64,000 bases of DNA from NCBI RefSeq assembly GCF_035084215.1, contig NC_090328.1:6076001-6140000 (forward strand), in the 5' to 3' direction. A program made the translations under genes and the position numbers. Positions within the stretch are counted from its first letter, which is position 1, and the number at the start of each line of letters is the position of its first letter. Of this stretch, positions 11,750 through 25,761 are shown piece after piece. The DNA is from Heptranchias perlo. Its lineage: Eukaryota. Below the pieces are notes generated by a model, which was not told the DNA's origin, ran no database searches, and worked only from the letters and a program-made list of their open reading frames with translations.

Positions 11750-13130
11750 CTCATAGAATCATAGAATTACAGAAAGGTTACAGCACGGAAGGAGGCCATT
11801 CGTCCCATCGAGTCCACGCTGGCTCTGTGGAAGAGCAATCCAGCTATTCCCACTGCCCCGCCCTATCCCCATAGATCTGCAAATTTTTTCCTTTCAAGTA
11901 TTTATCCAGTTCCCTTTTGAAGGCCATGATTGAATCTGCCTCCACCACCCCCTCAGGCAGTGCATTCCAGATCATAACCACTCACTGTGTAAAAAAGTTT
12001 CTTCTCATGTCACCTTTGGTTCTTTTGCCAATCACAAATCTATGTCCTCTGGTTCTTGACCCTTCCGCCAATGGGAACAGTTTCTCTCTATCTAATCTGT
12101 CTAGACCCTTCATGATTTTGAATACCTCTATCAAATCTCCTCGCAAATGTTTCTGTTCCAAGGAGAACAACCCCAGCTTCTCCAGTCGATCCACATCTCT
12201 GGAATAATTCTTGCAAATCTTTTCTGCACCCTCTCTGAGGCCTTCACATCTTTCCTAAAGTGCGGTGCCCAGAACTGGACACAATGCTCCAGTTGTGGCC
12301 GAACCAGTGTTTTATAAAGGTTCATCATAACCTCCATACTTTTGTACTCTATGCCTCTATTTATAAAGCCCAGGATCCCGTATGCTTTTTTAACCGCTTT
12401 CTCAACCTGCCCTGCCACCTTCAACGATTTGTGCACATAAACCCCCAGATCTCTCTGTTCCTGTACCCCTTTTAGAATTGTGCCCTCTAGTTTATATTGC
12501 CTCTCCTCGTTCTTCCTACCAAAATGTATCACTTCGCATTTTTCTGCGTTAGATTTCATTGCCACGTGTCCGCCCATGCCACCAGCCTGTCTATATCCTC
12601 TTGAAGTCTATCACTATCCTCCTCACTGTTCACTACACTTCCAAGTTTTGTTTGATCTGCAAATTTTGAAATTGTGCCCTGTACACCCATGTCCAAGACA
12701 TTAATATATATCAAGAAAAGCAGTGGTCCCAGTACTGACCCCTGGGGAACACCACTGTACACCTCCCTCCAGTCCGAAAAACAACCATTCACCACTACTC
12801 TGTTTCCTGTCCCTTAGCCAATTCTGTATCCATGTTTCTACTGCTCCCTTTATTCCATGGGCCGCAATCTTGATGATAAGCCTACCATGCGGCACTTTAT
12901 CAAACGCCTTTTGAAAGTCCATATACACCACATCAACTGCATTGCCCTCATCAACCCTCTCTGTTACCTCATCAAAAAACTCTATCAGGTTAGTTAAACA
13001 CGATTTGCCTTTAACAAATCCGTGCTGGCTTTCCCTAATCAATCCACGCTCGTCCAAGTGACTGTTAATTCTGTCCATCATGTATCTATGAATGTTTGGA
13101 AGATTATGGCCAGTAGCTCCGCAATTTCAC
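11750..13130 (-). mobile_element. CR1 RT fragment
   Basis: YMDFQKAFDKVPH and [10 protein letters not shown], frameshifted. Confidence 0.92.
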
Positions 13131-15554
13131 TTAGGAAGCACCTCCTCGGGGCATGAACAAGTTAACTGGCACAAAGGGTAGACGTGGTGTTAAGAGACCT
13201 GGAGTGAGGGACTTCCGTTATGTGGAGAGACTAGAGAAGCTGGGGTTGTTCTCCTGAGAGCAGAGAAGGGGAGATCTAATAAAGATGGGGGGTCCAGAAC
13301 GAGGGGTCACAGTCTCAGGATGTGGGGTAGGACATTTAGGACTGAGATGAGGAGAAATTTCTTCACTCAGAGGGTGGTGAACCTGTGGAATTTTCTACCA
13401 CAGAAGGCTGTGGAGACCAAGTCACTGAATAGATTTAAGAAGGAGATGGATAGATTTCTCGACACAGAAGGCATCAGGGGGTATGGGGAGAGAGCGGGAA
13501 CATGGTATTGAGATAGAGGATCAGCCGTGATCATATTGAATGGCGGAGCAGGCTCGAAGGGCCGAATGGCCTACGCCTGCTCCTATTTTCTATGTTTAAA
13601 ATCATGAGGGGTTTTGATGGAGTAAATAAGGAGAAAATCTTTCCACGGGTAGGAGGGTCAGTAACCAGAGGACACTGATTGAAGGTAATTTGCAAAAGAA
13701 CCAGAAAGGAGATGTGGAGAATATTTTCACCAATGTCTGCTTTCATTGGAAGGATATGATTGGGCAGCCCCTCTGTAACCTTCTTGATGACAGTGGTGAG
13801 CAGCTGTCTGATTAATGTAGCAATGAGCACCAGATGCTGCCTGGAAGGATCCAGTCTCAAAGTAACTCAGGGCCACATTGCCCTTAATAGATACAGACTG
13901 TGCCGTCCTCCTGGTGAAGGTCGTGCCCCCTGTGCAAAGCAATACTTTGAGCAGAGTTGAGTAAAACAAGCAGAAAAAAGTCCTGACTGAATCTCCAAAG
14001 TAGGTGTTAATTTTTTGGGCTGATTTGGGGCTGAAGTTGGGGAGAATGGGTCAGAGGGGTTAGCCGGGCCCCCCTTGACATTGTTTACAGGATCCCAGTG
14101 GACCATAAAGAGAACCTTTCTTAATATTCATTCTCAGGATGTGGCCGTCGCTGTCGAGGCCGGCATTTATTGGCCATCCCTTGTTGCCCTTGAGAAGGTA
14201 GTGGTGGGAGTGGTTTGATACAAATGAGCGGCTTGCTGGGCCACTAGAGAGGGCAGTTAAGAGTCAACCAGTAGAGAGGGCAGTTAAGAGTCAACCACAT
14301 TGATGTGGGATGTTATCACATGTAGGGCAGACTGGGTAAGGATGGCAGTTTTCCTGGATTGTAAGAGCTTCTACAAGTATGTAAAAAGGAAGAGAGTAGC
14401 AAAAGTAAACGTTGGTCCCTTAGAGGCTGAGACAGGAGAATATATAATGGGGAATCAGGAAATGGCAGATGCGTTAAGCAAATATTTTGTATCTGTCTTC
14501 ACAGTAGAAGACACAAAAAGCATTCCAGAAATAGTGGGGAACCAAGGGGCTAATTACAGTGGGGAACTTAAAATAATTAATATCTGTAGAGAAAAAGTAC
14601 TTGAGAAACTAATGGGACTAAATCCCCTGGACCTGATGACCTGCATCTGAGGGTTCTAAAAGAGGTGGCTGCAGAGATAGTGGATGCAGAGATAGTGGAT
14701 GCAGTGATAGTGGATGGACTGGTTATGATCTTCCAAAATTCTCTAGATTCTGGAACAGTCCCAACAGATTGTAAAGTAGCAAATGTAACCCCGCTATTCA
14801 AGAAAGGAGGGAGAGAGAAAACAGGGAACTACAGGCCAGTTAGCCTGATATCAGTCGTCGGGAAAATACTGGAATCCATTATTAAGCAGAGTCAACATGG
14901 TTTTATGAAAGGGAAATCGTGTTTGACAAATTTATTAGAGCTTTTAGAGGATGTAACCAGCAGGGTGGATAAAGGGGAACCAGTGGATGTAGTATATTTG
15001 GATTTCCAAAAGGCATTCGATAAGGTGCCATATAAAAGGTTGTTACACAAGATAAGGGCTCGTGGGGTTGGGGGTAATATATTAGCATGGATTGAGGATT
15101 GGTTAATGGACAGAAAACAGAGAGTAGGGATAAACGGGTAATTCTCAGGTTGGCAGGCTGTAACTAGTGGGGTGCCACAAGGATCAGTGCTTGGGCCTCA
15201 GCTATTTACAATCTATACTAATGACTTGGATGAAGGGACCGAGTGTAATGTATCCAAGTTTGCTGACGATACAAAGCTAGGTGGGAAAATAAGCTGTGAG
15301 GGGGACACAAAGGGCCCGATATTAGGAGGGAGGCGGGTACGCAGCGGGGGGTCGACTGGGTGCGTGGGTAACGCGCCCAGTGAAATCGGGGTGCTCCGCA
15401 CGGAATCGCAGGCTAATTGGAGCCATTTACCTTTGCTTCCGGGTCTCGCCCTGGAAAGCTGCGCAGCGCATCATAGGCTGTCAGCTGGAGGAGCCCTGTT
15501 TAAAGGGGCAGTCCTCCACTGACTGAAGCTGCAGGAAATAGGAAAAATTACAGC

Positions 15555-15800
15555 ATGGAGCAGCCCAGGGGGAAGGCTGCTCCCAGGTTTAATGATGCCT
15601 CACTCCAGGTCATACTGGATGGGGTGAGGAGGAGAGGGAGGACAGAGATCTTCTCCCCGGCGGGTGGGAGGAAGCGGCCTGCCTCTGCCACCAAGAAGGC
15701 CTGGCTCGAGGTGGCAGAGGAGGTCACCAGCACCACCAACATATCGTGCACCTGCATACAGTGCAGGAGACGCTGCAATGACCTCAGTAGGTCAGCCAAA
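15555..15800 (+). pseudogene. Harbinger Myb/SANT-like DNA-binding protein exon
   Basis: APRFNDASLQVILDGV..KKAWLEVAEEV..QCRRRCNDL, followed by a GTGAGC donor at 15801. Confidence 0.8.
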
Positions 15801-16329
15801 GTGAGCACACTTACTCATTCCCCTACACTCCGTCTGCCACATCACCGCCCCCACCCCACATCTCCTTCTGCACTGCCAACACTACTCTGTCACATCACCC
15901 CTCACACCCACTCAAAGCTCATCCTCATCTTACCTGCACCTACTCACCTCGCCAGTACTCATCCCACCACTACCACTCAACCCAATCCTCATACAATCTC
16001 ATGGCTCTATCTCATACTCACCCTCTCGTGCATCTCTTTCACGGTCAGCCTCACCCCACCTGCCACTACCCGTGCTGCAGCCACAGGGCATGCATCACAT
16101 ATGTGCAGTAGGAAGCGTAAGGCAAACGTGTCATGAGCATGATGGGGATGCACAAGGGTGTTTGAGGGTTTGTCATGGTTTTTACTTATATTTAATTTCT
16201 GACCAACCCACATTACATATTATATTGGCACCACTACTGCCACGTCTGTGCGAATCTTGTCTGGTTTGTGCAATAATGCCCTTTCCTGAGGATCACAATG
16301 AAGACCCACAACTGATGCCACCCATTGTG

Positions 16330-16857
16330 TCACTGCAGAGTGGGTGTAGGTGTATTTGCAGGGCTCTTTTGTGCAGACGACTGAGAGACGTCGGCGATGT
16401 CCCCGGTGGCACCCTGGAAGGATGTGGAGGAGAAGTTGTTGAGGGCAGTGGTGACTTTGACAGCGACAGGTAAGAAGATGGTGCTCGGGCCAGCTGGGAG
16501 CAGCTCGGCATGAAGGAGGCTGCAGATGTCCACGACTACATGCCGAGTGACTCTGAGCCTCCGTGTGCACTGCTGCTCAGAGAGGTCCAGGAAGCTGAGC
16601 CTCGGTCTGTAGACCTTGTGGCGAGGGTAGTACCTTCTGCGATGCATCTTTCTCTGCCGTTGCCCTCCCTCCTGCTGTGCAGATGGACGTGTCACAGCAC
16701 TGTGTTGTAGAGCTCCACGTGTCAGAGGTGGACGGCATGGCTGGCGAGGCTGGTGAGGCTGGTGATGCTGTTCGCCCTCCGAGGTGGTCATGACTGCAGC
16801 TACGGCAGCCCCCATCCGGAAGATGTACATTTGAGGGGGTCCGCAAGGTAAGTACAT
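16330..16857 (-). pseudogene. Harbinger (HARBI1-like) transposase N-terminal remnant
   Basis: VYRPRLSFLDLSEQQCTRRLRVTR..LPVAVKVTTALNNFSSTSFQGATGDIADVSQSSA is typical of the HARBI1 HTH region. No DDE core is present. Confidence 0.8.
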
Positions 16858-18477
16858 GTCTCTGGACCCCGGGGTAAGTGTGCAAGTTGGTGAATTTTGT
16901 TGTCAGGAGGAGGGTGGTGGAGTGACAGAGTGACCTCCTGCAATGAGTGAGGGTCTCCCCCCAATCTGTCAAATGGACCTTTGCAACTGCCACAGGCTGA
17001 TGGCTGCAACACGTCCATTTGAACTGGGAGTGTTTCCCCCAGTACGGGAAACAGTCCCAGTTGATCTGAAAATCCCACCCCTCCTAAAATATCAGGTCAA
17101 TCAGGTCTGTAAACGACCTGAAGTACCTGGTTAATTACTTCAAGTGGCATCCCGCCGGCTTTAATTGCTGGCGGGAGTCCCACATGCGGGGACTGCGCGC
17201 GCATGTCAGCGCGTCACTGGGGAACCCGGAAGTGGGCGGGTTGGAGCCGGGCTCCAGACCTGCCCCGGGAATCCCCAATTTTCGCAGCCCCCCCGCCATG
17301 AATGCACCCGCTCGGGGGTGCGAAAATCAAGCCCAAAGAGTCTGCAAAGGGATATAGACAGGTTAAGTGAATGGGCAAGAAGGTGGCAGATGGAGTATAA
17401 TGTGGGGAAATGTGAGGTTATTCACTTTGGTAGGAAGAATAGAAAAACAGAATATTTTTTAAAGGATGAGAAACTATTAAATGTTAGTGTCCAGAGAGAG
17501 TTGGGTGTCTTGGTACAAAAAAACAGAAGGCAATTAGGAAAGCAAATGACATGTCGGCCTTTATTGCAAGGGGTTTGGAGAACAAGAGTAAGGAAGTCTT
17601 ACTACAATTGTACAGGGCTTTGGTGAGACCTCATCTGGAGTACTGGGTCCAGTTTTGGTCTCCTTATCTAAGGAAGGATATACTTGCCTTAGAGGCGGTG
17701 CAACAAAGGTTCACTGGATTAATTACTGGGATGAGAGGGTTGTCCTTTGAGGAGAGTTTGAGTAGAATGGGCCTATACTCTCTAGAGTTTAGAAGAATGA
17801 GAGGGGATCTCATTGAAATATATAAAATTCTGAGAGGTCTTGACAGGGTAGATGTTGAGAGGTTGTTTCTCCTGGCTGGAGAGTCTAGAACTAGAGGGTC
17901 ATAGTCACAGGATAAGGGGTCGGCCATTTAAGACTGAGATAAGGAGGAATTTCTTCACTCAGAGGGTTGTGAATCTTTGGAATTCTCTACCCCAGAGGGC
18001 TGTGGATGCCGAGTCATTGAGTTTATTCAAGACTGAGATCGATAGATTTTTGGACTCCAGGGGAATCAAGGGATATTGGGATCGGGCGGGAAAGTGGAGT
18101 TGAGGTTGAAGATCAGCCATGATCTGAATGAATGGCGGAGCAGGCTCGAGGGGCCGTGCGGCCCTACTCCTGCTCCTACTTCTTATTTTCTTATGTTCTT
18201 CCTTCCCTAAAGGACATTAATGAAGCAGTTGAGTTTTTAATGACAATCCAAGGTCACGCTTACTGAGACCTGCTTTTTATTTCCAGACTTTTTTAGAAAA
18301 CTGAAATCAAATTCTCAAACTACCAGAGTGAGATTTGAACCCATTTCTCACTGGATTATTAGTCCAGGCCTGCTAGGTTTATTAGTCCAGTAATATAATC
18401 ACTGCACTGTCAATTGTTTCGGAGGGTAATTCAAGAGCTGTTTTCTAGCAGCGGATTTGAGGCCGTGGCCTGTAACC

Positions 18478-18722
18478 TTTGACAGGTTGGGGGGAGACCC
18501 TCACTCATTGCAGGAGGTCACTCTGTCACTCCACCACCCTCCTCCTGACAACAAAATTCACCAACTTGCCATCAGCCTGTGGCAGTTGCAAAGGTCCATT
18601 TGACAGGTTGGGGGGAGACCCTCACTCATTGCAGGAGGTCACTCTGTCACTCCACCACCCTCCTCCTGACAACAAAATTCACCAACTTGCACACTTACCC
18701 CGGGGTCCAGAGACATGTACTT
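18478..18722 (-). repeat. Inverted, internally duplicated copy of Harbinger internal sequence ~16850-17001
   Basis: Near-identical reverse complement. A ~90-bp piece is followed by a ~150-bp overlapping piece. Confidence 0.9.
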
Positions 18723-21700
18723 TGCTGGGTCAGAGTATCGAGGGATATGGGTCAAAGGCGGGTAGATGGAGTTGAGGTACAGGTCAGCCATGATCGAATT
18801 GAATGACGGAACAGGCTCGAGGGGCTGAATGATCAACTCCTGTTCCTATGTTCGTAAGAACCCACTTAATGTCTCAAATCTGCCCAAAACAAATTCAGAG
18901 GAGAATCCAGATCAGAATCTCAAAATGGAAGAGAATCAGGCGGACTGTAATTTTGAGCTGTTCTCTTCACCTTTTGTCTTTCGAACACCATTTCAGGGCT
19001 GCCTGAGGTGACCTTTGTCCATCACCCAGCGCTTCTCACACTTTTAATTTTTTAATCTACTTCCAGTTCATCACATGGAATTACACAGCCTGTACAGAAA
19101 CAGGCCATTCGGCCCAACTGGTCCATGCCGGTGTTTATGCTCCACATGAGCCTCCTCCCCCCCCTCTTCATCTAACCCCGTCAAAATAACCTTCTATTCC
19201 TTTCTTACTTTACAGCTTTACCCAGAGTTTGGTTCGAATGTAGAACTCGCTACCACGTGGAGTGGTTGAGACAAATAGTATGGATGTATTTAAGGGGAAG
19301 CTCGATTAACACATGAGGGAGAAAGGAATAGAAGGATATGCTGATAGGGTGAGATGAAGTAGGGAGGGAGGAGGCTCGTGTGGAGCATAAACACCGGCAT
19401 GGGCCTGTCGGGCCTGTTTCTGTGCTATAATTTCTATGTAATTTCTCCCTCATGTGTTTATCCAGCTTCCCCTTAAATGTATCTATGTTATTTGCTTCAA
19501 CTATTCCTTGTGGGAGCGAGTTCCACATTCTCACCACTCTCTGGGTAAAGAAGTTTTTCCTGAATTCTCTCTTGGATTTATTATCTTATATTTATGGCCC
19601 CTAATTAGAAGCTCATTAACCTCATTAGAAGGTGATTTTTGCGATAATACTTAGCACATTTGACTGGTGACCTTGATATGTTGCTGTCCCTCCCTTTTCC
19701 TCTGTTTGTGTCAGTCTGATTCTACACTGAAGTCTGATTACATTTCAGAAGTACTTCATTTGTGACATCCTGAGGTCAGGAATGGCACTCTAGAAATGCA
19801 ATTTCTTTCTTAAATGCAGCTTCTATTCTTCATTAACAAAGTCCCACAAATAGCAATGAGGTGTTTTCTTTAGAGCAGAGAAGGTTAAGGGGAGATTTGA
19901 TGGAGGTGTTCAAAATCATGAAGGGTTTTGATAGAGTAAATAAGGAGAAACTGTTTCCAGTGGCAGAAGGGTCGGTAACCAGAGGACACAGATTGAAGGT
20001 GATCGGCAAAAGAACCAGAGGCGAGGTGAGGAGAATTTTTTTTAACGCAACGCGATGTTCTGATCTGGAACGCGCTGCCTGAAAGGGCGGTGGAAGCAGA
20101 TTCAATAATAACTTTCAAAAGGGAATTGGATAAATACTTGAAGGGGGAAGATTTGCAGGGTTATGGGGAAAGAGCAGGGGGAGTGGGACTAATCGGATAG
20201 CTCTACCAAAGAGCCGACACAGGCACGATGGGCCGAATGGTCTCCATCTGTGATGTAAGATTCTATGATTCTATGAATAACCAGTTAATTTTGGTGGCGT
20301 CAACAGAAAGAGAAATATTGGTCAGGATCCAGGAAAAGCTCTGCTGTTCTTCATATCGTGCCATCTGGTCATCACCATCCACCTCAACAGGCAACAGAAC
20401 CTTAGGGCCGGGTGGAATTTTAACTCGGAGCAGGTTTCCGGTGGGACACGGCTTCAGCGAGTTAATTTCCTGCCCGCCAGCGGCTGAAAGACGCCTTTGG
20501 CGATGTAAACCAATGGACCTCAATTAAATCACGCCAGTCCACTCCCTGCCTGGTACAGGGGTGGGGGGTGGAGGGGGGGTGGGGGGCAGGGCAAAGGTGG
20601 GGGGAGGTGTGATACAGTGCAGTTAAAAACTACTTTCTGGTGGAATGGGTGAAATTCTGATCTCGATTTCACACAGCAGTAAGTGTTGTGTCAATAGACT
20701 GGAAACCCCAATTCAGGTCGAGCATTTGAAAATTGTTACACAGCACACCGCACCCGCTCAGTAAGGGACACACAGTCCGGACATTAAACTCTGGAAACAG
20801 ACTGAAGTCAGCGGGACAGAATTCACTCTGTCACTTCTGTTCTTGTTGTATGTGTTTCTGTGTCACTCAGGGAGTGTTGGAAAACCTCAAACCAGTTAGG
20901 AGGCTTGGTCTCAGGACAAGGGGGCGGGAGGTTTAGGACTGAGATGAGGAGGAATTTCCTCACTCAGAGGGTGGTGAACCTTTGGAATTCTCTACCCCAC
21001 ATGGATGCTCAGTCGTTGAGTATATTCAAGACTGAGAGCGATAGATTTTTGGACTCTAAGGGAATCAAGGGACATTGGGATCGGGCGGGAAAGTGGAGTT
21101 GAGGTCGATCTTATTGAATGGCGGAGCAGGCTGGAGGGGCCGTATGGCCTACTGCTGCTCCTATTTCTAATGTTCTTATTAACTTTGATCTTCTAAACCA
21201 CCATGTTTCGGGTTCAGTTTGGTGTAAACCTTCAGATAGTGGCTCAGTAGAGCTGGTTTATAGACTGCCGCTGCAGAATGCTCCAATAACGGTAAGTAGG
21301 CCCTAAACTCTGGAATTCCCTCTCTCTCTATCTCTCTCTCTCTCCTCCTTTTAGACGCTCCTTAAAACCTACCTCTTTGACCAAGCTTTTGGTCACCTGT
21401 CCTAATATCTCCTCATGTGGCTCGGTGTTAAATTTTGTTTGATAATCGCTCCTGTGAAGCGCCTTGTGACAGTTTATTACGTTAAAGGCGCTATATAAAT
21501 GCAGGTTGTTATTGTTCTTGTTATTGTTACCTGTCTCTCTGAAATAAAAAATAAATGTGGGAAATACACAGCAGGGATATACAGCGCCTCGGTTGAGGTT
21601 TTGGGGAGAGAAACTTTGTCAGAACTGTTAATCAGAAGATAGACCAGCCCCAATATAGAACTTGCATTAATACAGCACCTTTCCCAAACTCAGGGCTTCC

Positions 21701-22229
21701 CAAAGCACTTTACAGATTAATTAAGTACTTTTTGAAGTGCAGTCACTGTTGTAATGTAGGAAACACGGCAGCCAAATTGCGCACAGCAAGATCCCACAAA
21801 CAACAATGTGATAACGACCAGATAATCTGTTTTAGTGATGTTAGTTGAAGGCCCAGGACACCAGGGGGAGAACTCCCCTGCTCTTCTTCAAAATAGTGCC
21901 ATGGGATCTTTTACATCCAACTGGGAGGGCAGACGGGGCCTTGATTTTATATCTCATCTGATAGATGGCACCTCCGAATCTCTCAGTACTACACTGGGAG
22001 TGTCAGCCTGGATTATGTGCTCAAGTCTCTGGAGTGGGACTTGAAACTACAAACTTTTGACTCAGAGGCAAGAGTGCCGCCCACCGAGCAAAGGCAGACA
22101 CACACACACTTTGATTACAACAATCACAGCGTTCCAAAAAAAACCCCAGTAATTCATGTATGCAGCACTGTAAGGTGGTTTGATACGATAAGGTGCTACA
22201 TAAATGCAACTTTTATGAGTTTATACCAG

Positions 22230-25158
22230 TGGACCTCCCTGTGACATTCTGGAGGGGGAGGGTGAACAGCCAGTAGTCGTGGTCCATATCGCTACCAACG
22301 ACATAGGTAAGAAAAGGGATGAGATCCTGCAAGGTGAATTTAAGGAGTTAGGAGATAAATTAAAAAGCAGGACCTCGAAGTCAGGATTACTACCAGTGCC
22401 ACGTGCTAGTGAGTATAGGAACAGGAGAATAGACAGGATGAATGCGTGGCTGCAGGGATGGTGTAGGAGGGAGGGATTTAGATTCCTGGGACATTGGGAC
22501 CGGTTCTGGGGAAGGTGGGACCTGTACAAGCGTGACGGGTTACACCCGAGCAGGACCGGGACAAATGTCCTCGCGGGGGTGTTTGCTGGTGCTGTTGGGG
22601 AAGGTTTAAACTTGAATGGCAGGGGGATGGGAACCTGAGCGGGGAGTCAGAAGGGAATAAAGTTGAGAGCAGCAAGAGAGGGGAAGACCCAGGGGAAATC
22701 TACAATACAAATAGTACAAACAGTTGTTCAAGAACAAGTGAAAGGGAAAAGCATAGAGCAGCGGAAAGAAAGTGTACTTTAGGCACTTTAGGCACGACAG
22801 ATAAAATGAAAACTAGAAGGCGTAAGGCGATTAACCCAGCATCAAAGCTGTGGCAGGGGGTTGGGAACCTGAGCAGGGAGACAGAGGAAAGCGTGTCAGG
22901 AAGGGACAGAAGGTATGGAGTAAAAGGTAAAGTGTTAAAAAAGGAAAAAGCAGGAACTAAGTGTCACAAAACATATTTGAAAGTTCTTTATCTGAATGCA
23001 CGTAGCACTCGTAACAAAATGGACGAGTTAACGGCACAAATAATGACGTATGGGTATGATCTTGTGGCCATTACAGAAACATGGCTGCAGGGTGACAAAG
23101 ACTGGGAATTAAATATGCCAGGGCATTTAACAATCAGGAAGGACAGGCAGGAAGGAAGGGGAGGTGGGGTGGCTATGTTAATAAGGGAAGGAATCACTGT
23201 AATACAGAGAAATGATATTGGGACAAAGGATCAGGATAATGAAACAGTTTGGGTAGAGATAAGGAATAATAAAGGGCAAAAAACACTTGTGGGCGTAGTA
23301 TATAGGCCTCCTAATAGTTGCAACTCTGCTGGAAGAAGTATTAATCAGGAAATAGTCGGGGCATGTAATAAGGGAACAGCTATAATTATGGGGAGATGGC
23401 AAAAATGCTGAACAAATATTTTGTTTCAGTCTTTACAGTAGAGGACACTAAGAATATCCCAACACTGGACAAACAGGGGGCTCTAGGGGGGGAGGAGCTA
23501 AATACGATTAAAATCACTAAGGAATTGGTACTCAGTAAATTAATGGGACTCAAGGCGGATAAATCCCCTGGACCTGATGGCTTACATCCCAGGGTCTTGA
23601 GGGAAGTGGCAGTGGGGATTGTGAATGCTTTGGTAATAATTTTCCAAAATTCTCTGGACTCGGCAAAGGTCCCGGCAGATTGGAAAACTGCCAATGTAAC
23701 ACCCTTATTTAAAAAGGGTAGTAGGCAGAAGGCTGGAAATTATAGACCAGTTAGCTTAACATCTTTGGTGGGTAAAATTTTGGAGTCTATTATTAAGGAG
23801 ACAGTAGCGGAACATTTGGATAAACATAATTTAATAGGACAAAGTCAGCATGGCTTTACAAAGGGGAAGTCATGTCTGACAAATTTGCTTGAGTTCTTTG
23901 AGGATATAACGTACAGGGTGGATAAAGGGGAACCAGTGGACGTAGTGTATTTGGACTTCCAGAAGGCATTCGACAAGGTGCCACATAAAAGATTATTGCT
24001 CAAGATAAAGAATCACTGGATTGGGGGTAATATTCTGGCATGGGTGGAGGATTGGTTATCTAACAGGAAGCAGAGAGTTGGGATAAATGGTACATTCTCG
24101 GACTGGCAACCTGTAGCCAGTGGTGTTCCGCAGGGGTCGGTGCTGGGTCCCCAACTCTTTACAATCTATATTAACGATTTGGAGGAGGGGACCGAGTGTA
24201 ACATATCAAAGTTTGCAGATGATACAAAGATGGGAGGGAAAGTAGAGAGTGAGGAGGACATAAAAAACCTACAAGGGGATATAGACAGGCTGGGTGAGTG
24301 GGCGGAGATTTGGCAGATGCAATACAATATTGGAAAATGTGAGGTTATGTACTTTGGCAGGAAAAATCGGAGAGCAAGTTATTATCTTAATGGCGAGAAA
24401 CTGGAAAGTACTGCAGTACAAAGGGATCTGGGGGTCCTAGTGCAAGAAAATCAAAAGGTTAGTTTGCAGGTGCAGCAGGTGATCAACGGAATGTTTGCTT
24501 TTATTGCTAGGGGGATAGAATATAAAAACAGGGAGGTATTGCTGCAGTTATATAAAGGTATTGGTGAGACCGCACCTGGAATACTGCATACAGTTTTGGT
24601 CTCCATACTTAAGAAAAGACATACTTGCTCTCGAGGCAGTACAAAGAAGGTTCACTCGGTTAATCCCGGGGATGAGGGGGCGGACATATGAGGAGAGGTT
24701 GAGTAGATTGGGACTCTACTCATTGGAGTTCAGAAGAATGAGAGGCGATCTTATTGAAACATATAAGATTGTGAAGGGGCTTGATCGGGTGGATGCGGTA
24801 AGGATGTTCCCAAGGATGGGTGAAACTAGAACGAGGGGGCATAATCTTAGAATAAGGGGCTGCTCTTTCAAAACTGAGATGAGGAGAAACTTCTTCACTC
24901 AGAGGGTGGTAGGTCTGTGGAATTTGCTGCCCCAGGAAGCTGTGGAAGCTACATCATTAAATAAATTTAAAACAGAAATAGACAGTTTCCTAGAAGTAAA
25001 GGGAATTAGGGGTTACGGGGAGCGGGCAGGAAATTGGACATGAATTTAGATTTGAGGTTAGGATCAGATCAGCCATGATCTTATTGAATGGCGGAGCAGG
25101 CTCGAGGGGCCGATTGGCCTACTCCTGCTCCTATTTCTTATGTTCTTATGTTCTTATG
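22230..25158 (+). mobile_element. CR1 LINE with ORF1 SGNH esterase remnant, ORF2 endonuclease start, RT and 3' (TTCTTATG)n tail, internally deleted
   Basis: VHIATNDIG..DGLHP (ORF1); YLNARS..ITETWL..GGGV..YRPP (APE); [26 protein letters not shown] (RT). Confidence 0.95.
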
Positions 25159-25585
25159 TGGCATTGCTGACAGTGAATTGGAGGGAACCACTTTTATAAT
25201 GACAGAAGCATTATCATATCACAAACATTATTTTCAGTATTCGGTTTCTCAGCTAGCATGAGATCAAGATAGCAGACAAAAAGGATTTCCAAAAGGTACT
25301 TGAAATGATTTGATTGGCTACGCTTCTCCTCCTTGCTGGTGGGAACTGTCGCTCTTGATTTTCGATTGGAAGTTCTATCTGAATGATCAATTTCATTCCT
25401 TGCTGCCATCTCTTATATCGGACGCATTCCACTTCTGTTCAGTTGTGATTTGTTGCTGTTTAATAAATATGAAATCTGAGCCAAAGAGCTCTTTATTGAA
25501 CTTTCGTCCTGTTACAACTCCCCATTGATAACCCCATGAAACCGCCCTTGTGAAATCCTCCAGTTTAATCTTCTGTCACTCTTCA

Positions 25586-25602
25586 GCCACTAGATGGCAG
25601 TG
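25586..25602 (+). promoter_or_regulatory. CTCF core motif
   Basis: GCCACTAGATGGCAGTG matches the CCASYAGRKGGCRS consensus. It sits in a unique island between two CR1 copies, between genes B and A. Confidence 0.6.
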
Positions 25603-25761
25603 TTGCGTGACCCAATTTCCAACATCTCTCAATCCACGAATCACCTGACATGTTTATCGACATAGATTTCCCACTCCCGGCTGACCGTCGGAAGGTGTGA
25701 AACAGGCCACCGGGAGCAGAAAGTAGGAGGAGCTCCTCACCTGGCAAACTCCATCCATTTG

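Larger units (their letters stand above)
15312..17334. mobile_element. PIF/Harbinger DNA transposon (internally deleted) inserted in a CR1
   Basis: Imperfect TIRs GGGCCCGATATT / GGGCTTGATTTT and 3-bp TSD AAA (15309-15311, 17335-17337). CR1 RT reads through once the element is removed (GACAC-AAA-GAGTCTGCAA). Contains Myb/SANT-like and HARBI-like coding remnants. Confidence 0.9.
14355..18200 (+). mobile_element. CR1 ORF2/RT fragment split by the Harbinger insertion
   Basis: RT motifs on both sides of 15312-17334. 3' tail at ~18190. Confidence 0.92.

Noticed and set aside
22279-22638. Host SGNH esterase gene
   Set aside because: It is the known esterase domain of CR1 ORF1, directly upstream of ORF2.
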